Positions 19,306 through 28,532 of a stretch of 64,000 nucleotides of DNA are shown piece by piece. Both the position numbers and the translations under genes were made by a program. The stretch is from an uncultured Acidobacteriota bacterium. GTDB taxonomy: Bacteria; Acidobacteriota; Thermoanaerobaculia; UBA5066. Position 1 is the stretch's first letter. Every line of letters starts with the position of its first letter. The notes under the pieces were generated by a model. It was not told the DNA's origin and did not search any database. It saw nothing but the letters and a program-made list of their open reading frames with translations. Location of the stretch: assembly GCA_963779415.1 (NCBI GenBank), contig CAVZYA010000002.1:1568001-1632000 (forward strand). Direction: 5' to 3'.

Positions 19306-19544
19306 GGGGTCACCATGGCCGACGGGCGGCCGAGCGGAAGACCTTCGCACGTCTCGAACGGGGTGCTTGACATGCCTCCACGCTACCACGAACGCGCCGA
19401 CGCAACTTCGAGATGACCACTCAATGTCGCGTGTATCTTCGCTGGGTGTTTCTGCCCAAAGAGCGAGCCGGCTTCGTCAGGTTCTTCGGCACATCGGGCT
19501 TCGACATGATTCAAGTCTGTCTAACGATAGGACCTTGCTCCGGT

Positions 19545-20384
19545 TTAGTTGACACCGCTGTGGATAGGGGCCTGGGCTTCGAAGATGGCCGGAGGAAGGT
19601 ACCCAAGCGACGAATGGAGCCGCTTCTGATTGTAGAAGCGGACGTAGTCGAGGAGGGCCGTCCTGAGTTCGGAGTCGGTCTGGAGCGTCATTCCGAAAAG
19701 GCACTCCGTCTTCAGCGAGTGAAAGAACGACTCCATGTGAGCGTTGTCGTTCATCTGCCGCGGGCGATTCATGCTCTGTAGAAAGCCCCGGCGGGACAGC
19801 GAGGCTCGAAGGTCGAGGGCGGCGTATTCGATTCCCCGGTCGCTGTGGAAGGTGACGCCGGGGGAGGGGCGCCGCCATCGGACGGCGTGAGAGAGGGCGC
19901 GCCGGGTGAGCGAAGCGTCCCGATTCCGGCCCAGGCTCCAGCCGAGGACCCTTCGGGAGTGCCGGTCCATGACGACGGCGAGGTACCACCAGCGGCCGGC
20001 GACCCGGACGTAGGTGACGTCCGCCACCCAGAGCTGGTTCGGGCTCGTTGTCGTGACGCCGTGGACCGTGTTCGGATGCACCCGATAGAACGCTTTCTGA
20101 CCCACCCGCGACCGGCGATAAAGACGGGCCGAGCGGCCCTGGAGTTGCGCCAGCCGCATCAGGCGGGCGACCCTTCGGCGGCCGACCGGGACCCCTTGCC
20201 GCCCGAGTTCCCGCGTCACCCGGGGGCTGCCGTAAAGCCCCCTGGCCTCCTGGAACACCGCGAGAACCCGTTCGGTCATCGCCGCATCAGACGCCGTTCG
20301 GCGGCTCGGTCGTCTGCTCCGCCAGGCATAGAACCCGCCCCGCGTGACGCCGAACCTCCTGCACATCAGGCTCACCGGGAACAA
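19545..20384 (-). CDS. IS3 transposase OrfB (DDE)
   Basis: WVADVTY, HSDRG, DNAHMESFFHSLKTE. Confidence 0.93.
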   Translation of the reverse strand: MFPVSLMCRRFGVTRGGFYAWRSRRPSRRTASDAAMTERVLAVFQEARGLYGSPRVTRELGRQGVPVGRRRVARLMRLAQLQGRSARLYRRSRVGQKAFYRVHPNTVHGVTTTSPNQLWVADVTYVRVAGRWWYLAVVMDRHSRRVLGWSLGRNRDASLTRRALSHAVRWRRPSPGVTFHSDRGIEYAALDLRASLSRRGFLQSMNRPRQMNDNAHMESFFHSLKTECLFGMTLQTDSELRTALLDYVRFYNQKRLHSSLGYLPPAIFEAQAPIHSGVN

Positions 20385-20728
20385 GCTCCGGTTCGCCTCG
20401 AGGAACGCGAAGACGTCCCCCGTAACTCGCGGGCGAACCGGATCGCTCTTTTTAGGAGTTCGTGCTCCATCTTCAGCCGCTTGTACTCGCGCTCAACCTC
20501 CCGTAGCCGTTGGAGCTCACCCACGGCTTTCACGTCCAGAGCCGGCAAGGCACCACGAAGCTCACCGTCCCGAGCCTGCTTGCGCCAGCGCGACAGCATG
20601 AACGGGTGAATGCACAGTGACTCCGTCACGTCCCGGACCAGAACGCCGGGCTGCTGACTCAGTTGAACAGCCCGCAGCTTGAACTCCTGGCTGTAGCTTC
20701 TGACTCTCCGGGGTCCTGCTTTTCCCAT
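20372..20728 (-). CDS. IS3 transposase OrfA (HTH)
   Basis: YSQEFKLRAV...LKMEHELLKRA; A-rich candidate slippery site near 20450. Confidence 0.9.
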   Translation of the reverse strand: MGKAGPRRVRSYSQEFKLRAVQLSQQPGVLVRDVTESLCIHPFMLSRWRKQARDGELRGALPALDVKAVGELQRLREVEREYKRLKMEHELLKRAIRFARELRGTSSRSSRRTGACSR

Positions 20729-20856
20729 CGTGACCTCTCTAGTTAGCTCAGAGTGTCAACGATACCGAAGCAACCTCCGAGTCCGCTGCAACGCGTGGTT
20801 AGACGGCATACGGTGGGGCGATGGCGGTGCGGGATGCAGAGCGACCGCCGCTAGAT

Positions 20857-21129
20857 CTAGGTTGACTGACGCACGGCAGCTGTCTCGTTGCGCTGAGCCG
20901 CCTTGGCGCCGGTATAGATGAACAGCGATACGCCGAGCAATATCGCCGGCAACAGAGTTCCTGCGGCGAGGAGCGGCAGGAAAGATGCGTCCGACGGAAG
21001 GCCCGCCTGGATAAGCAGCACGCGAAGAGCCCAGGCCACGAATGGACATGGGACAGCGAGAATGAACCAGAGACGAGCCCACCGAAAAAGCCGCGACGAT
21101 TTGGACGACGAGGCGTGTTCTCGAAACAT
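20857..21129 (-). CDS. Small two-TM protein, cassette gene
   Basis: ATG just after the GTTAGAC core; lies between two attC sites. Confidence 0.55.
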   Translation of the reverse strand: MFREHASSSKSSRLFRWARLWFILAVPCPFVAWALRVLLIQAGLPSDASFLPLLAAGTLLPAILLGVSLFIYTGAKAAQRNETAAVRQST

Positions 21130-21253
21130 GCCGTCTAACGATAGGCGTTCAGCGGCGAGCGAAGCGAGATGGAATGAGAAGGCCGGCCTCCCGTCGCAGT
21201 CTGAAAATCAGCTGCAGGTCAGACGGGCTCGAGGCCCAGAGAGGAGACCGGCC

Positions 21254-22406
21254 ATGAGGAAGCGTAGCACCGGAGCGGCGACGATGGACCCAACCCCGAA
21301 GAGGACGAGGAGGTACGAAGGGACGGAGACGGAGGGCAGGGTGTCCTCGAGCAACCTGACCGTGGGCGTGGACCTTGGGGATCGGGTGAGCCACGTGTGT
21401 GTGCTGGACTCCAAGGGAGAGATCGTCGAGGAGATGCGTGTGGCAACGACGAGGAGCGGGTTGAGGCGAGCGCTGGGCGGCGAGCGCCTCGGGAAGTGCC
21501 GGATCGCCATGGAGGTCGGGACGCACTCGCCGTGGGTGAGCCGACTGCTCGAAGAGATGGGGCACGAGGTGCTGGTGGCCAACCCGCGCAAGCTGCGGTT
21601 CATCTACCAGAGCCGCGGCAAGACGGACCGGGTGGACGCACGATCGCTGGCGCGGGTGGCGAGGATGGACCCGGCGCTGCTCTCGCCGGTGGAGCATCGG
21701 TGCGAGCCGTTCGCGCAGGACCTGGCCGTGCTGCGGACGAGGGACTTGCTGGTGCGGACCCGGGTGAAGCTGATCGGGCATGCGCGGGGAGCGGTGAAGG
21801 CCACGGGACACCGGTTGAAGGCGAGCTCGACGCGGAGCTTCACCGTCGAGGCCGGACCGATGCTTCCGGAGGAGCTGAAGGAGACGCTGGGGCCCGTCCT
21901 CTCTGCGATCGACGCCGTGTCGGAGCAGATCCGCGCCCTGAACCGGAAGGTTCGCGAGCTGGCGAAGAAGAAGCACCCGGAGACGGAGCTGCTGCGGCAG
22001 GTGCCGGGAGTGGGCTTCATCCTGTCGCTGGCGTTCGTCCTGACGCTGGAGCGAGCGGACAGGTTCGAGAAGAGCCGGATGGTGGGGCCGTACCTCGGGC
22101 TGGTGCCCGGACGCCGGCAGAGCGGCGACAGCGATCCGCAGCTGAGGATCACGAAGGAGGGCGACGACTTCGTGCGCCGCCTGCTGGTCCAGGCAGCCCA
22201 GTACATCCTGGGACCGTTCGGCCCCGACTGTGACCTTCGTCGGTTCGGCCTGGCGCTGGAGGCACGCGGCGGAAGGTACGCCAAGAAGCGAGCCATCGTC
22301 GCCGTGGCCCGGAAGCTGGCGGTCCTTCTGCATCGACTCTGGAGCTCGGGAGAGGTCTACGACCCGGCTCGCCAGGTGCGCCCGGCCCGACGCATCGGCG
22401 GCGTAG
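21254..22406 (+). CDS. IS110-family DEDD transposase/recombinase
   Basis: VGVDLG, MEVG, KTDRVDA, RQSG, AVARKLA; GAGGAG RBS; probable indel near 22370 with true stop TAG at 22404-22406. Confidence 0.88.
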
Positions 22407-22489
22407 AGAACGACGAGAGTTTCTTAGAAAGAAGAGAGAGACGGGAGCCCCGACAGTCGGGAACGGTGAGAAGGAACGCAATACATGGA

Positions 22490-22700
22490 ATCGAATCGAC
22501 GCCCTGTCTGGGCGACTGCGAAGCGGACTCGGGTCCGGAGGGCCATCCGGCTGCTCCAAGAAGACCGACAGCGAGATGGCAGCGCCCTTTCAGCTCGGAC
22601 ACCCTCATGCACCGAGCGCCGCAGCGCGGCGACGAGAGTGCGAATGGAAGCGAGGTGATCGATTCGACGTCCCCAGGGAGACCGAGCCCCCGCTTCTCAC
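22490..22700 (+). ncRNA. Putative bridge/seekRNA of the IS1111 element
   Basis: 3' non-coding end carries matches to the target (22522-22531, 22570-22575) and donor junction (22604-22608, 22644-22650); boundaries approximate. Confidence 0.7.
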
Positions 22701-22751
22701 TTGACACGACCGGGCCTTCTCATGGAAGTCCGCTGCAGCGCGGGGTTAGGC

Positions 22752-23248
22752 GGCAGCGCCAGAAGACGTGGGCGGCGAATAGCCCAGCAGGATGCTGCGC
22801 AAGAAGACGGCCGTCCCGAGGCGTTACCGGAACCGCGACAATGCTGCCCATTCCAAGGGCGGTAACGATGAAGATGGAGAAAGAACAGGAACACGCCCCA
22901 GGCGTCTTCTAGCGGAGGTGGGAAGACCCATCTGAAAGGACGATAAGAGTGGCGTAGAGGGACGACGGTGCCGCCCACAAAGAACGATGCCTCCGAACAG
23001 GAAGCTGTGCCTGATGCTCGACATGCGGAAGGCTCTGAGTTAGAGGCGTCCAGAGGAGTAGGCCAAAGCGGCGACCAGGAATGCTCCCGGATAGCGGAGA
23101 GCGAGAAGACTCGGACGCTCATGAAACCCTGCCGCGCGGAGCGTAACCAGGTTAGGGCGGGATGCCCCAGGACACCCCAAGTAAGGGCGAATGCTGCAAC
23201 GAGCGAATGCTGAAACACGGAGCTTTGTAGAAAGCGAGGTCGCGACAT
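22752..23248 (-). CDS. Cassette 2 hydrophobic hypothetical protein, possibly frameshifted
   Basis: ATG 10 nt after the attC core; hydrophobic stretches in two frames. Confidence 0.4.
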
Positions 23249-23257
23249 GAGGTCGCC

Positions 23258-23337
23258 GCCTAACGATATCGAGTTCAGCGGCGAAGAGGAAGGAGCGCAG
23301 CGACTGACGATGAGTCCGCTGCAATGAGGTGTTAGGC
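23258..23337 (-). repeat. attC site (80 bp)
   Basis: Minus strand GCCTAAC-ACCTCATTGCAGCGGAC...GCCGCTGAACTCGATATC-GTTAGGC. Confidence 0.92.
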
Positions 23338-23725
23338 GGCAGTGGTGGACGAACGAGCAGGGCCTGAATGGCCCGCCAGTGACGCCGGGCTCCGAACATT
23401 GCCCCCGGCCGAGGGAGATGGAGAGAAACGGAGAACGCGCGAGAGAGAGATGGTGCTTTGATTTGGCCGAGGATGACTCGCGAAGCCACGTGAGGTTCGA
23501 AACGGCCCACTGAGCCGCTGGCGATAGCAGATTGCGTGACACGGCAGGCGCGACTTCCTCCCTACAGATTGTGGCGAGGTTTCCTAACGAGTAACCGGAC
23601 GCCGTAAGCACCGCTGCGATACGCGCGTAGTCCGTGGGTTGCAACTCGGTGTCGAGCCAGAATTCCGACAGCGCCTGCCATACAGGCTGACGTCGCTCGA
23701 CATCAAGAAGGGCGTCACTCAGCAC
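23338..23725 (-). CDS. Cassette 1 gene, DUF7079-like, frameshifted near 23500
   Basis: RRQPVWQALSEFWLDTEL...EEVAPAVSRNL. Confidence 0.55.
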
Positions 23726-23732
23726 GTTCGCC

Positions 23733-23780
23733 GCCCAACTAGTAGTAGACGGACGTTGACAAGGGTGGATAGACGGAAGA
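23733..23780 (-). other. Putative attI site
   Basis: Minus strand CCGTCTACTACTA-GTTGGGC directly before cassette 1, with no attC palindrome. Confidence 0.7.
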
Positions 23781-23936
23781 AACGTCGGTGTAGCGGCCGG
23801 GGAGGAAGTGCGACGGCGAGGCGGGAAGCCCCTGATTAGACGGGCTTTCTCGCTGACAGGATTGCGCAGACTCTGGAGTGATAGGCCGAAAAAGATTCGG
23901 CTTAGTGCCGTCGGTGTTAGGCCGACGACAAGAGGG

Positions 23937-24902
23937 TCAGAGCGCATCGAGGGGGCTCCGGACACCGCGTCCTCCTGCCTGGTTCAGGACGTGAGTGTAG
24001 ATCATCGTGGTCGTCACATCCCGGTGTCCCAGCAGCTCCTGGATGGTCCGGATGTCGTAGCCCCCTTCCAGGAGATGCGTCGCGAAGGAGTGGCGGAAGG
24101 TGTGGCAGCTGACCGACTTCGGGATGCCGGCTTTCCCGGCCGCCTCCTTGACCGCTTTCTGGATGGTCGTCTCGTGAAGATGGTGGCGGCCGGTGCGTCC
24201 GGTGCGCGGATCGGTGCTGAGGCCGGGCGCCGGAAAGGCGTATTGCCAGGCCCACTGCCGGCTCGCGGCCGGGAACTTCCGCGTCAAAGCATCGGGGAGC
24301 CACGTCTCGCCGAGACCGCGCTTGAGATCGGCGTCGTGAAGAGACTTCACCTCGACCAGATGCTGGCGAAGCGTCTCGGAGAGGGAGGCCGGAAGCATCG
24401 TCCGTCGGTCCTTCTGCCCCTTGCCGTCGCGGACGAGGATCTGGTTGAGGGCGAAGTCGAGGTCCTTGACGCGGAGGCGAAGGGCCTCCATCAGCCGCAG
24501 GCCGCTGCCGTAGAGAAGGGTGGCGACGAGGCGCGGGGCGCCGTCGAGGCGGGAGAGGACGGCCTTGACCTCGGCGGGGGTGAGGACGACGGGAAGGCGC
24601 GCGGGGCGGCGGGCGCGGACGACGTCGCCGAGAGACTCGAGCGGCTTCCCGAGGACGTCGCGGTAAAGGAAGAGCAGGGCCGAGAGCGCCTGGTTCTGGG
24701 TGGAGGCGGCCACCTTCTTCTTCACCGCGAGGTCGGTGAGAAAGGCATTGATCTCGGCCTCGCCCATCTCGTCCGGATGGCGCTTGCCGTGGAAGAGGAC
24801 GTACCTTCGGACCCACGCGACGTAGGCCTCCTCGGTCCGCAGGCTGTAGTGTCGCGCGCGGAGGGCGGCGCGGAGGCGGTCGAGAAGGCGGGGCTTGTCC
24901 AT
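23937..24902 (-). CDS. intI: Integron integrase
   Basis: [19 protein letters not shown], IntI-specific insert [48 protein letters not shown]. Confidence 0.96.
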   Translation of the reverse strand: MDKPRLLDRLRAALRARHYSLRTEEAYVAWVRRYVLFHGKRHPDEMGEAEINAFLTDLAVKKKVAASTQNQALSALLFLYRDVLGKPLESLGDVVRARRPARLPVVLTPAEVKAVLSRLDGAPRLVATLLYGSGLRLMEALRLRVKDLDFALNQILVRDGKGQKDRRTMLPASLSETLRQHLVEVKSLHDADLKRGLGETWLPDALTRKFPAASRQWAWQYAFPAPGLSTDPRTGRTGRHHLHETTIQKAVKEAAGKAGIPKSVSCHTFRHSFATHLLEGGYDIRTIQELLGHRDVTTTMIYTHVLNQAGGRGVRSPLDAL

Positions 24903-24913
24903 GGCGTTGCTTC

Positions 24914-25339
24914 TTACTTCCGTGCCGATCCTGCTCTTTCTTCCCCGCTCTTGCGCTTCGTGCGGCGGCGGGACTCCGGCCGCCGGCGTGGCCGGGCTCC
25001 CTTTGGCCGGGCATGTCTCGGCTCGTAGACGCCGAGCGTCCCCCCGCCGGGGAGGGTGACCCGGGTCAACAGCCCCCAGCCCAGGTTCTGAACGGGACTG
25101 CAAGGAACCCCGTGCCGGGCCATCGCGGAGACGAACGCTTTGGCGTCTTCGCAGATGAAATAGAACTCGTGGAGGTCGTTCTTCCGGGACGGATGAACCG
25201 CCACCTCCGCGGGCGGCAGGCCGAAGATGAGCCAGCTGTCGCCGACATCGACGTGCGGGAGCCGGAGGACGTCCCGAAGGAAGGCCCGGTCGGCCTCGGG
25301 CTTGCGGCTGTAGATGATCGAATGGGCGCCCGTGATCAT
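24914..25339 (-). CDS. VOC/glyoxalase-family protein
   Basis: [11 protein letters not shown]...[15 protein letters not shown]...GWG...LPGGG. Confidence 0.8.
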   Translation of the reverse strand: MITGAHSIIYSRKPEADRAFLRDVLRLPHVDVGDSWLIFGLPPAEVAVHPSRKNDLHEFYFICEDAKAFVSAMARHGVPCSPVQNLGWGLLTRVTLPGGGTLGVYEPRHARPKGARPRRRPESRRRTKRKSGEERAGSARK

Positions 25340-25347
25340 GTGAGCCT

Positions 25348-25827
25348 CTATTTTTCTTTCGCCTGCGCCGCCGCGCGGCGGGCCATCTCCTCGGGGGAGA
25401 CGTCCTCGATGTGGGTGGCGAAGCCCCACTGGTGGCCGAAGGGGTCCTTCAGGAAGCCCATCCGGTCGCCGTAGAACTTGTTCGTCACGGGCTGCATCTC
25501 GGTGGCGCCGGCCGCGAGGGCCCTCTTGAAGAAGGAGTCGACGTCCTCGACGTAGACGAGCATCGAGAAGGACGTCCCTCCGAGCGTGTCGGGGGAGAGC
25601 GCGTGCATGGCCGCGTTCTCGTCGGCCAGCATGACGCGGGCCTTGCCGACGGAGAACTCGGCATGCCCGACCTTCCCGTCGGGGCCGTCCATGCGGACCT
25701 CCACCTTGGCTCCGAAGGCGCGCTTGTAGAAGTCGAGGGCCTTCGCGGCGCCCCGGATGTAGAGGTAGGGGGTGGCCCCCTCGGCGCCGGCGGGGATGGG
25801 GGCGGGTTTGGTGGCGGCTGTGGTCAT
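25348..25827 (-). CDS. VOC-family (PhnB-like) protein
   Basis: [28 protein letters not shown]. Confidence 0.9.
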   Translation of the reverse strand: MTTAATKPAPIPAGAEGATPYLYIRGAAKALDFYKRAFGAKVEVRMDGPDGKVGHAEFSVGKARVMLADENAAMHALSPDTLGGTSFSMLVYVEDVDSFFKRALAAGATEMQPVTNKFYGDRMGFLKDPFGHQWGFATHIEDVSPEEMARRAAAQAKEK

Positions 25828-25898
25828 GGTCGTCTCCTTTCCATGGGGCTTTTCGTTGAGATCCGGTCTCGATTGTTCCTCTCGTTTCACCGGATTGC

Positions 25899-27448
25899 CT
25901 AGTCGTAAACGCCATCGGCGAACCAGTCGCCGCTCTTCGTGTCGCGGTAGATGCGGCAGAGGGGGCCGGCGGAAAGCTCGACGTCCCAGTAGTCGCGGGC
26001 GACCCCTTCGCCGGTCCACCACGCCTCCTCGAGGTGCCACGGGCCGGAGGCGACGCGGACGGCTCCCGCGATCTCGGGCGTCCCCTTTGCCGGCTCGGCC
26101 GCGAGCGTCTTGAGGGAGACGGGGCGCGGAGAGATGCCCGACGCGTTGTGCCGTTGCCGTTGCCGTGGCCGTTCCCCTCCACGATCACCTCCAGCGCCAG
26201 CGGCGGGCGGAGGACGCGGACGGCGAGGAGGCCGCGCCCTTCGCGCGGGGGCCTGCGTTCCACGGGCGCCGGCGGCGGGGCCCACGGCACGAGGGCGAAG
26301 CGCTCGGGGCGGTGGCCGTCGACGGTGCGGGGCGACCCGACGCGCCCCTCGCCGAGGAGGGAGAACAACCGGGCCATCGCGGTGGCCAGCTTGTCGGGGG
26401 AGATCTCGGCCGGGCCGAAGAGGGTGAGCTGGCCGGGGCGCGGGGCGTCGGGGTGGGCGGTGAAGGAGAAGCCCGAGACGGGGGCGCCGGGGGGCTTCGA
26501 TTCGAGGCTGAGGCGAAGAAGGGAGAGGAGCGTCTTCGTGTCGCGCGTCGGGGCGGGGAGGGAGAGGCTGCGCGCGTCGTGGCCGTCGGGGTCGAGGGAA
26601 AGCTCGACGTCCAGCTTCACGCAGCCGGCGGCGTGGTCGGCGAGGCGCCGGACGAGCCGCTCGAGGGCCGCGGCGGCGATGCCGAGGAAGGGCTCGAGGG
26701 TGACGAGGGGCCACTCCAGGCTCGTCCCCTCGGTGAAGCCGGGGGGCGGCCTTCGCGGGACGAAGGGGCGCGGGTCGAGGCCGCGCGCCACGTCGTGCAG
26801 GGCGCGCCCCGCCTCGCCGAGGCGGCCGGCGATCTCCGAGGCGGGGAGCTTCGCGAAGTCGCCCACGGTGGAGAGGCCCCACCGGAAAAGGGTGCCGGCG
26901 AGGCCCATCTCGGGGGCGAGGCGCGAAAGGGGAAGGGGCGCGAGGAAGGGGGCCTCGCCCCCCGCGGGGACGACGACGGGGGAGTCGGGGAGCCCGGCCG
27001 CCACCTGCGCCGCGAGCTTGCTCGACGCGATGCCGCAGCGGGCGGGGAGCCCTTCGCGCTTCGCCGCGGCGACGAGGGCGCGGCCGAGGTCTCTCTCCTC
27101 GGGGAAGTGGCGATGGAGCCCGTCCAGGTCGATGTAGACGACGCCCTCGCCACCGTCCTCGACGCGCGGTGAGATCCGCTCGGCGGCGTCGAGGAGGGCT
27201 TCGGCGGCGGCGCGCTCGGCGGCCTCGTCGCGGCCGCGGGCGACGAGCTTCGGAAGGATCGCCCGCGCCTGCGGAAGGGTCATGCCGGGGCGCAGCCCCG
27301 CCTTCCGCGCCGAGCGCGTGGCCGCCACGAGGCGCGCGGCGTGGCCGTTGCCCGCGAAGACGGCGGCGGCCGTCCCCGCGAGCTCGGGCTCACTTCGCAG
27401 CCGCGCGGCGAGCGGAAACATCGGAACGAGAAGACAGGCGAGACGCAT
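25899..27448 (-). CDS. imuB: Y-family polymerase-like ImuB, frameshift near 26150
   Basis: AGLRPGMTLPQARA, SPRVE, GIASSKLAA; ImuB-C GPWHLEEAWW...RDYWDVE...WFADGVYD in a second frame. Confidence 0.85.
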
Positions 27449-27650
27449 AAAGGTGAGCGATCAGGGAGGTTCTTCTACCGGCCAACGCTCGGCGCCAGGA
27501 GAGTCGGGTAAGCACTAGCGCCTCGCTCGGCTCAGCGAGCGCGGACGACTTAGAGCATCTCCCGCGCGTCCCCGGGCGCGCTCGCTTCGACGTGGCCGCA
27601 CGGAGAGTCCCGCCGGTCGTTGCAGGAGATCGCTTTCGTTATTTTTTTCT

Positions 27651-28391
27651 TTAAAGAAATACTTCCTTGCATTCGAAGAGGCATGGCTTCGAAGCTCCCC
27701 GGGCGCGGCCGCGGAGCTTTTCGAGAAAGAGGCGCGAGGAGAGGCCGAGGAGAAGGGGAAGCGCCGCGCGGCCGCCAGAGGAGCCCGAGACGGAGCGGCT
27801 CCAGCCGGCGCGCGTCCCGCCGGCCGCGACGACGGCCTCGGCCGCCGGGCCGGTGACGTGGAAGGGGGAGAGGACGAGAAGCGCCGCGCCGTGCGATTCG
27901 GCCGTCCGCGAAAGGCGGAGGAAGGCGAACTCGTGCCGCGCGCGCCTCCAGAGCGAGATCTTCGACGTGGCGAGGCCGAGGTCGAGGACGACGACCGGGA
28001 CGCCGGCGGAAAGGAGCGTCTCGGCCGCAAGGAGCGCCTCTTTCAGCGTCCGCGGCCGGACCCAGAGGAGGCGCGGAAGGTCGGTCCCGAAAGCCGCGGC
28101 CGCTTGAGGGTCGAAGTGGTCGCCGAGGTCGACGAAGGCCGCCGCCTCGCCCCCCTCCGTCGCTGCGGCGAGGACGGAGAGGGCCAGGGAAAAGCGCCCC
28201 GACGAGCGGCTCCCCGTCAGCTCCACCAGCGTCCCGCGCGGGAGGCCCCCGGCGAGGAGACGGTCGAGGGGAGGGACCGCGGTGGGGAGTGCCTCCCTCT
28301 GCCGCAGCATCGCGCCGCGCCGCGCGAGATCGGCGGCGCGCACCAGTTGGCGGGAGACGTCGTCGGGAAGGGGCAAAGAGGGCGGGCTCAT
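27651..28391 (-). CDS. imuA: RecA-like ImuA
   Basis: LDRLLAGGLPRGTLVELTGSRSSGR, DLPRLLWVRP, VVVLD; upstream of imuB. Confidence 0.8.
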   Translation of the reverse strand: MSPPSLPLPDDVSRQLVRAADLARRGAMLRQREALPTAVPPLDRLLAGGLPRGTLVELTGSRSSGRFSLALSVLAAATEGGEAAAFVDLGDHFDPQAAAAFGTDLPRLLWVRPRTLKEALLAAETLLSAGVPVVVLDLGLATSKISLWRRARHEFAFLRLSRTAESHGAALLVLSPFHVTGPAAEAVVAAGGTRAGWSRSVSGSSGGRAALPLLLGLSSRLFLEKLRGRARGASKPCLFECKEVFL

Positions 28392-28409
28392 GGCATTTCC
28401 GGGATGGAA

Positions 28410-28438
28410 AACGTAGGCGCAATAAAGACGTAAGTCAA
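28410..28438 (-). promoter_or_regulatory. Sigma70-like promoter of imuA
   Basis: TTGACT-17 nt-TACGTT, ending 18 nt before the ATG. Confidence 0.6.
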
Positions 28439-28532
28439 GGGTGTGCCGACTGAGCCGTGATTCATTTTTATCAATGACGCCCCCCCTCCTACGTGCTAGC
28501 TTGCCGCCGCCTTTCGAGGGGGCTTTGAAGAA

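Larger units (their letters stand above)
19530..20778 (-). mobile_element. IS3-family insertion sequence (about 1249 bp)
   Basis: 26-bp imperfect IRs GGACCTTGCTCCGGTTTAGTTGACAC / GGAGGTTGCTTCGGTATCGTTGACAC; orfA plus orfB. Confidence 0.9.
19519..20804 (-). repeat. attC interrupted by an IS3-family element
   Basis: GTCTAACGATA at 19519-19529 and GAGTCCGCTGCAACGCGTGGTTAGAC at 20779-20804. Confidence 0.8.
21167..22726 (+). mobile_element. IS110-family, IS1111/attC-targeting insertion sequence
   Basis: Sub-terminal IRs ATGAGAAGGCC (21174) and GGCCTTCTCAT (ends 22723), 7 nt and 3 nt from the ends; no classical TSD, AG core at both junctions; TTGACA at 22701. Confidence 0.92.
21133..22751 (-). 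repeat. attC interrupted by an IS1111-type element
   Basis: Rejoined + strand GTCTAACGATAGGCGTTCAGCGGCGAGCGAAGCG|AGTCCGCTGCAGCGCGGGGTTAGGC folds as an attC. Confidence 0.9.
15219..24902 (-). mobile_element. Chromosomal integron with co-oriented intI and at least 8 cassettes
   Basis: intI, attI and serial attC-flanked minus-strand ORFs; may extend to about 10.3 kb. Confidence 0.9.

Noticed and set aside
20918-22912. 664-aa extended IS110 transposase fusion
   Set aside because: The ORF crosses both IS ends and the attC; the extensions are read-through, probably from an indel near 22370
24914-25898. VOC genes as cassettes on the 5' side of intI
   Set aside because: No RYYYAAC...GTTRRRY attC structure flanks them
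24914-27448. 844-aa ImuB-VOC fusion
   Set aside because: Frameshift artefact; the real ImuB C-terminus is in another frame ending at 25899, and the VOC genes have their own starts
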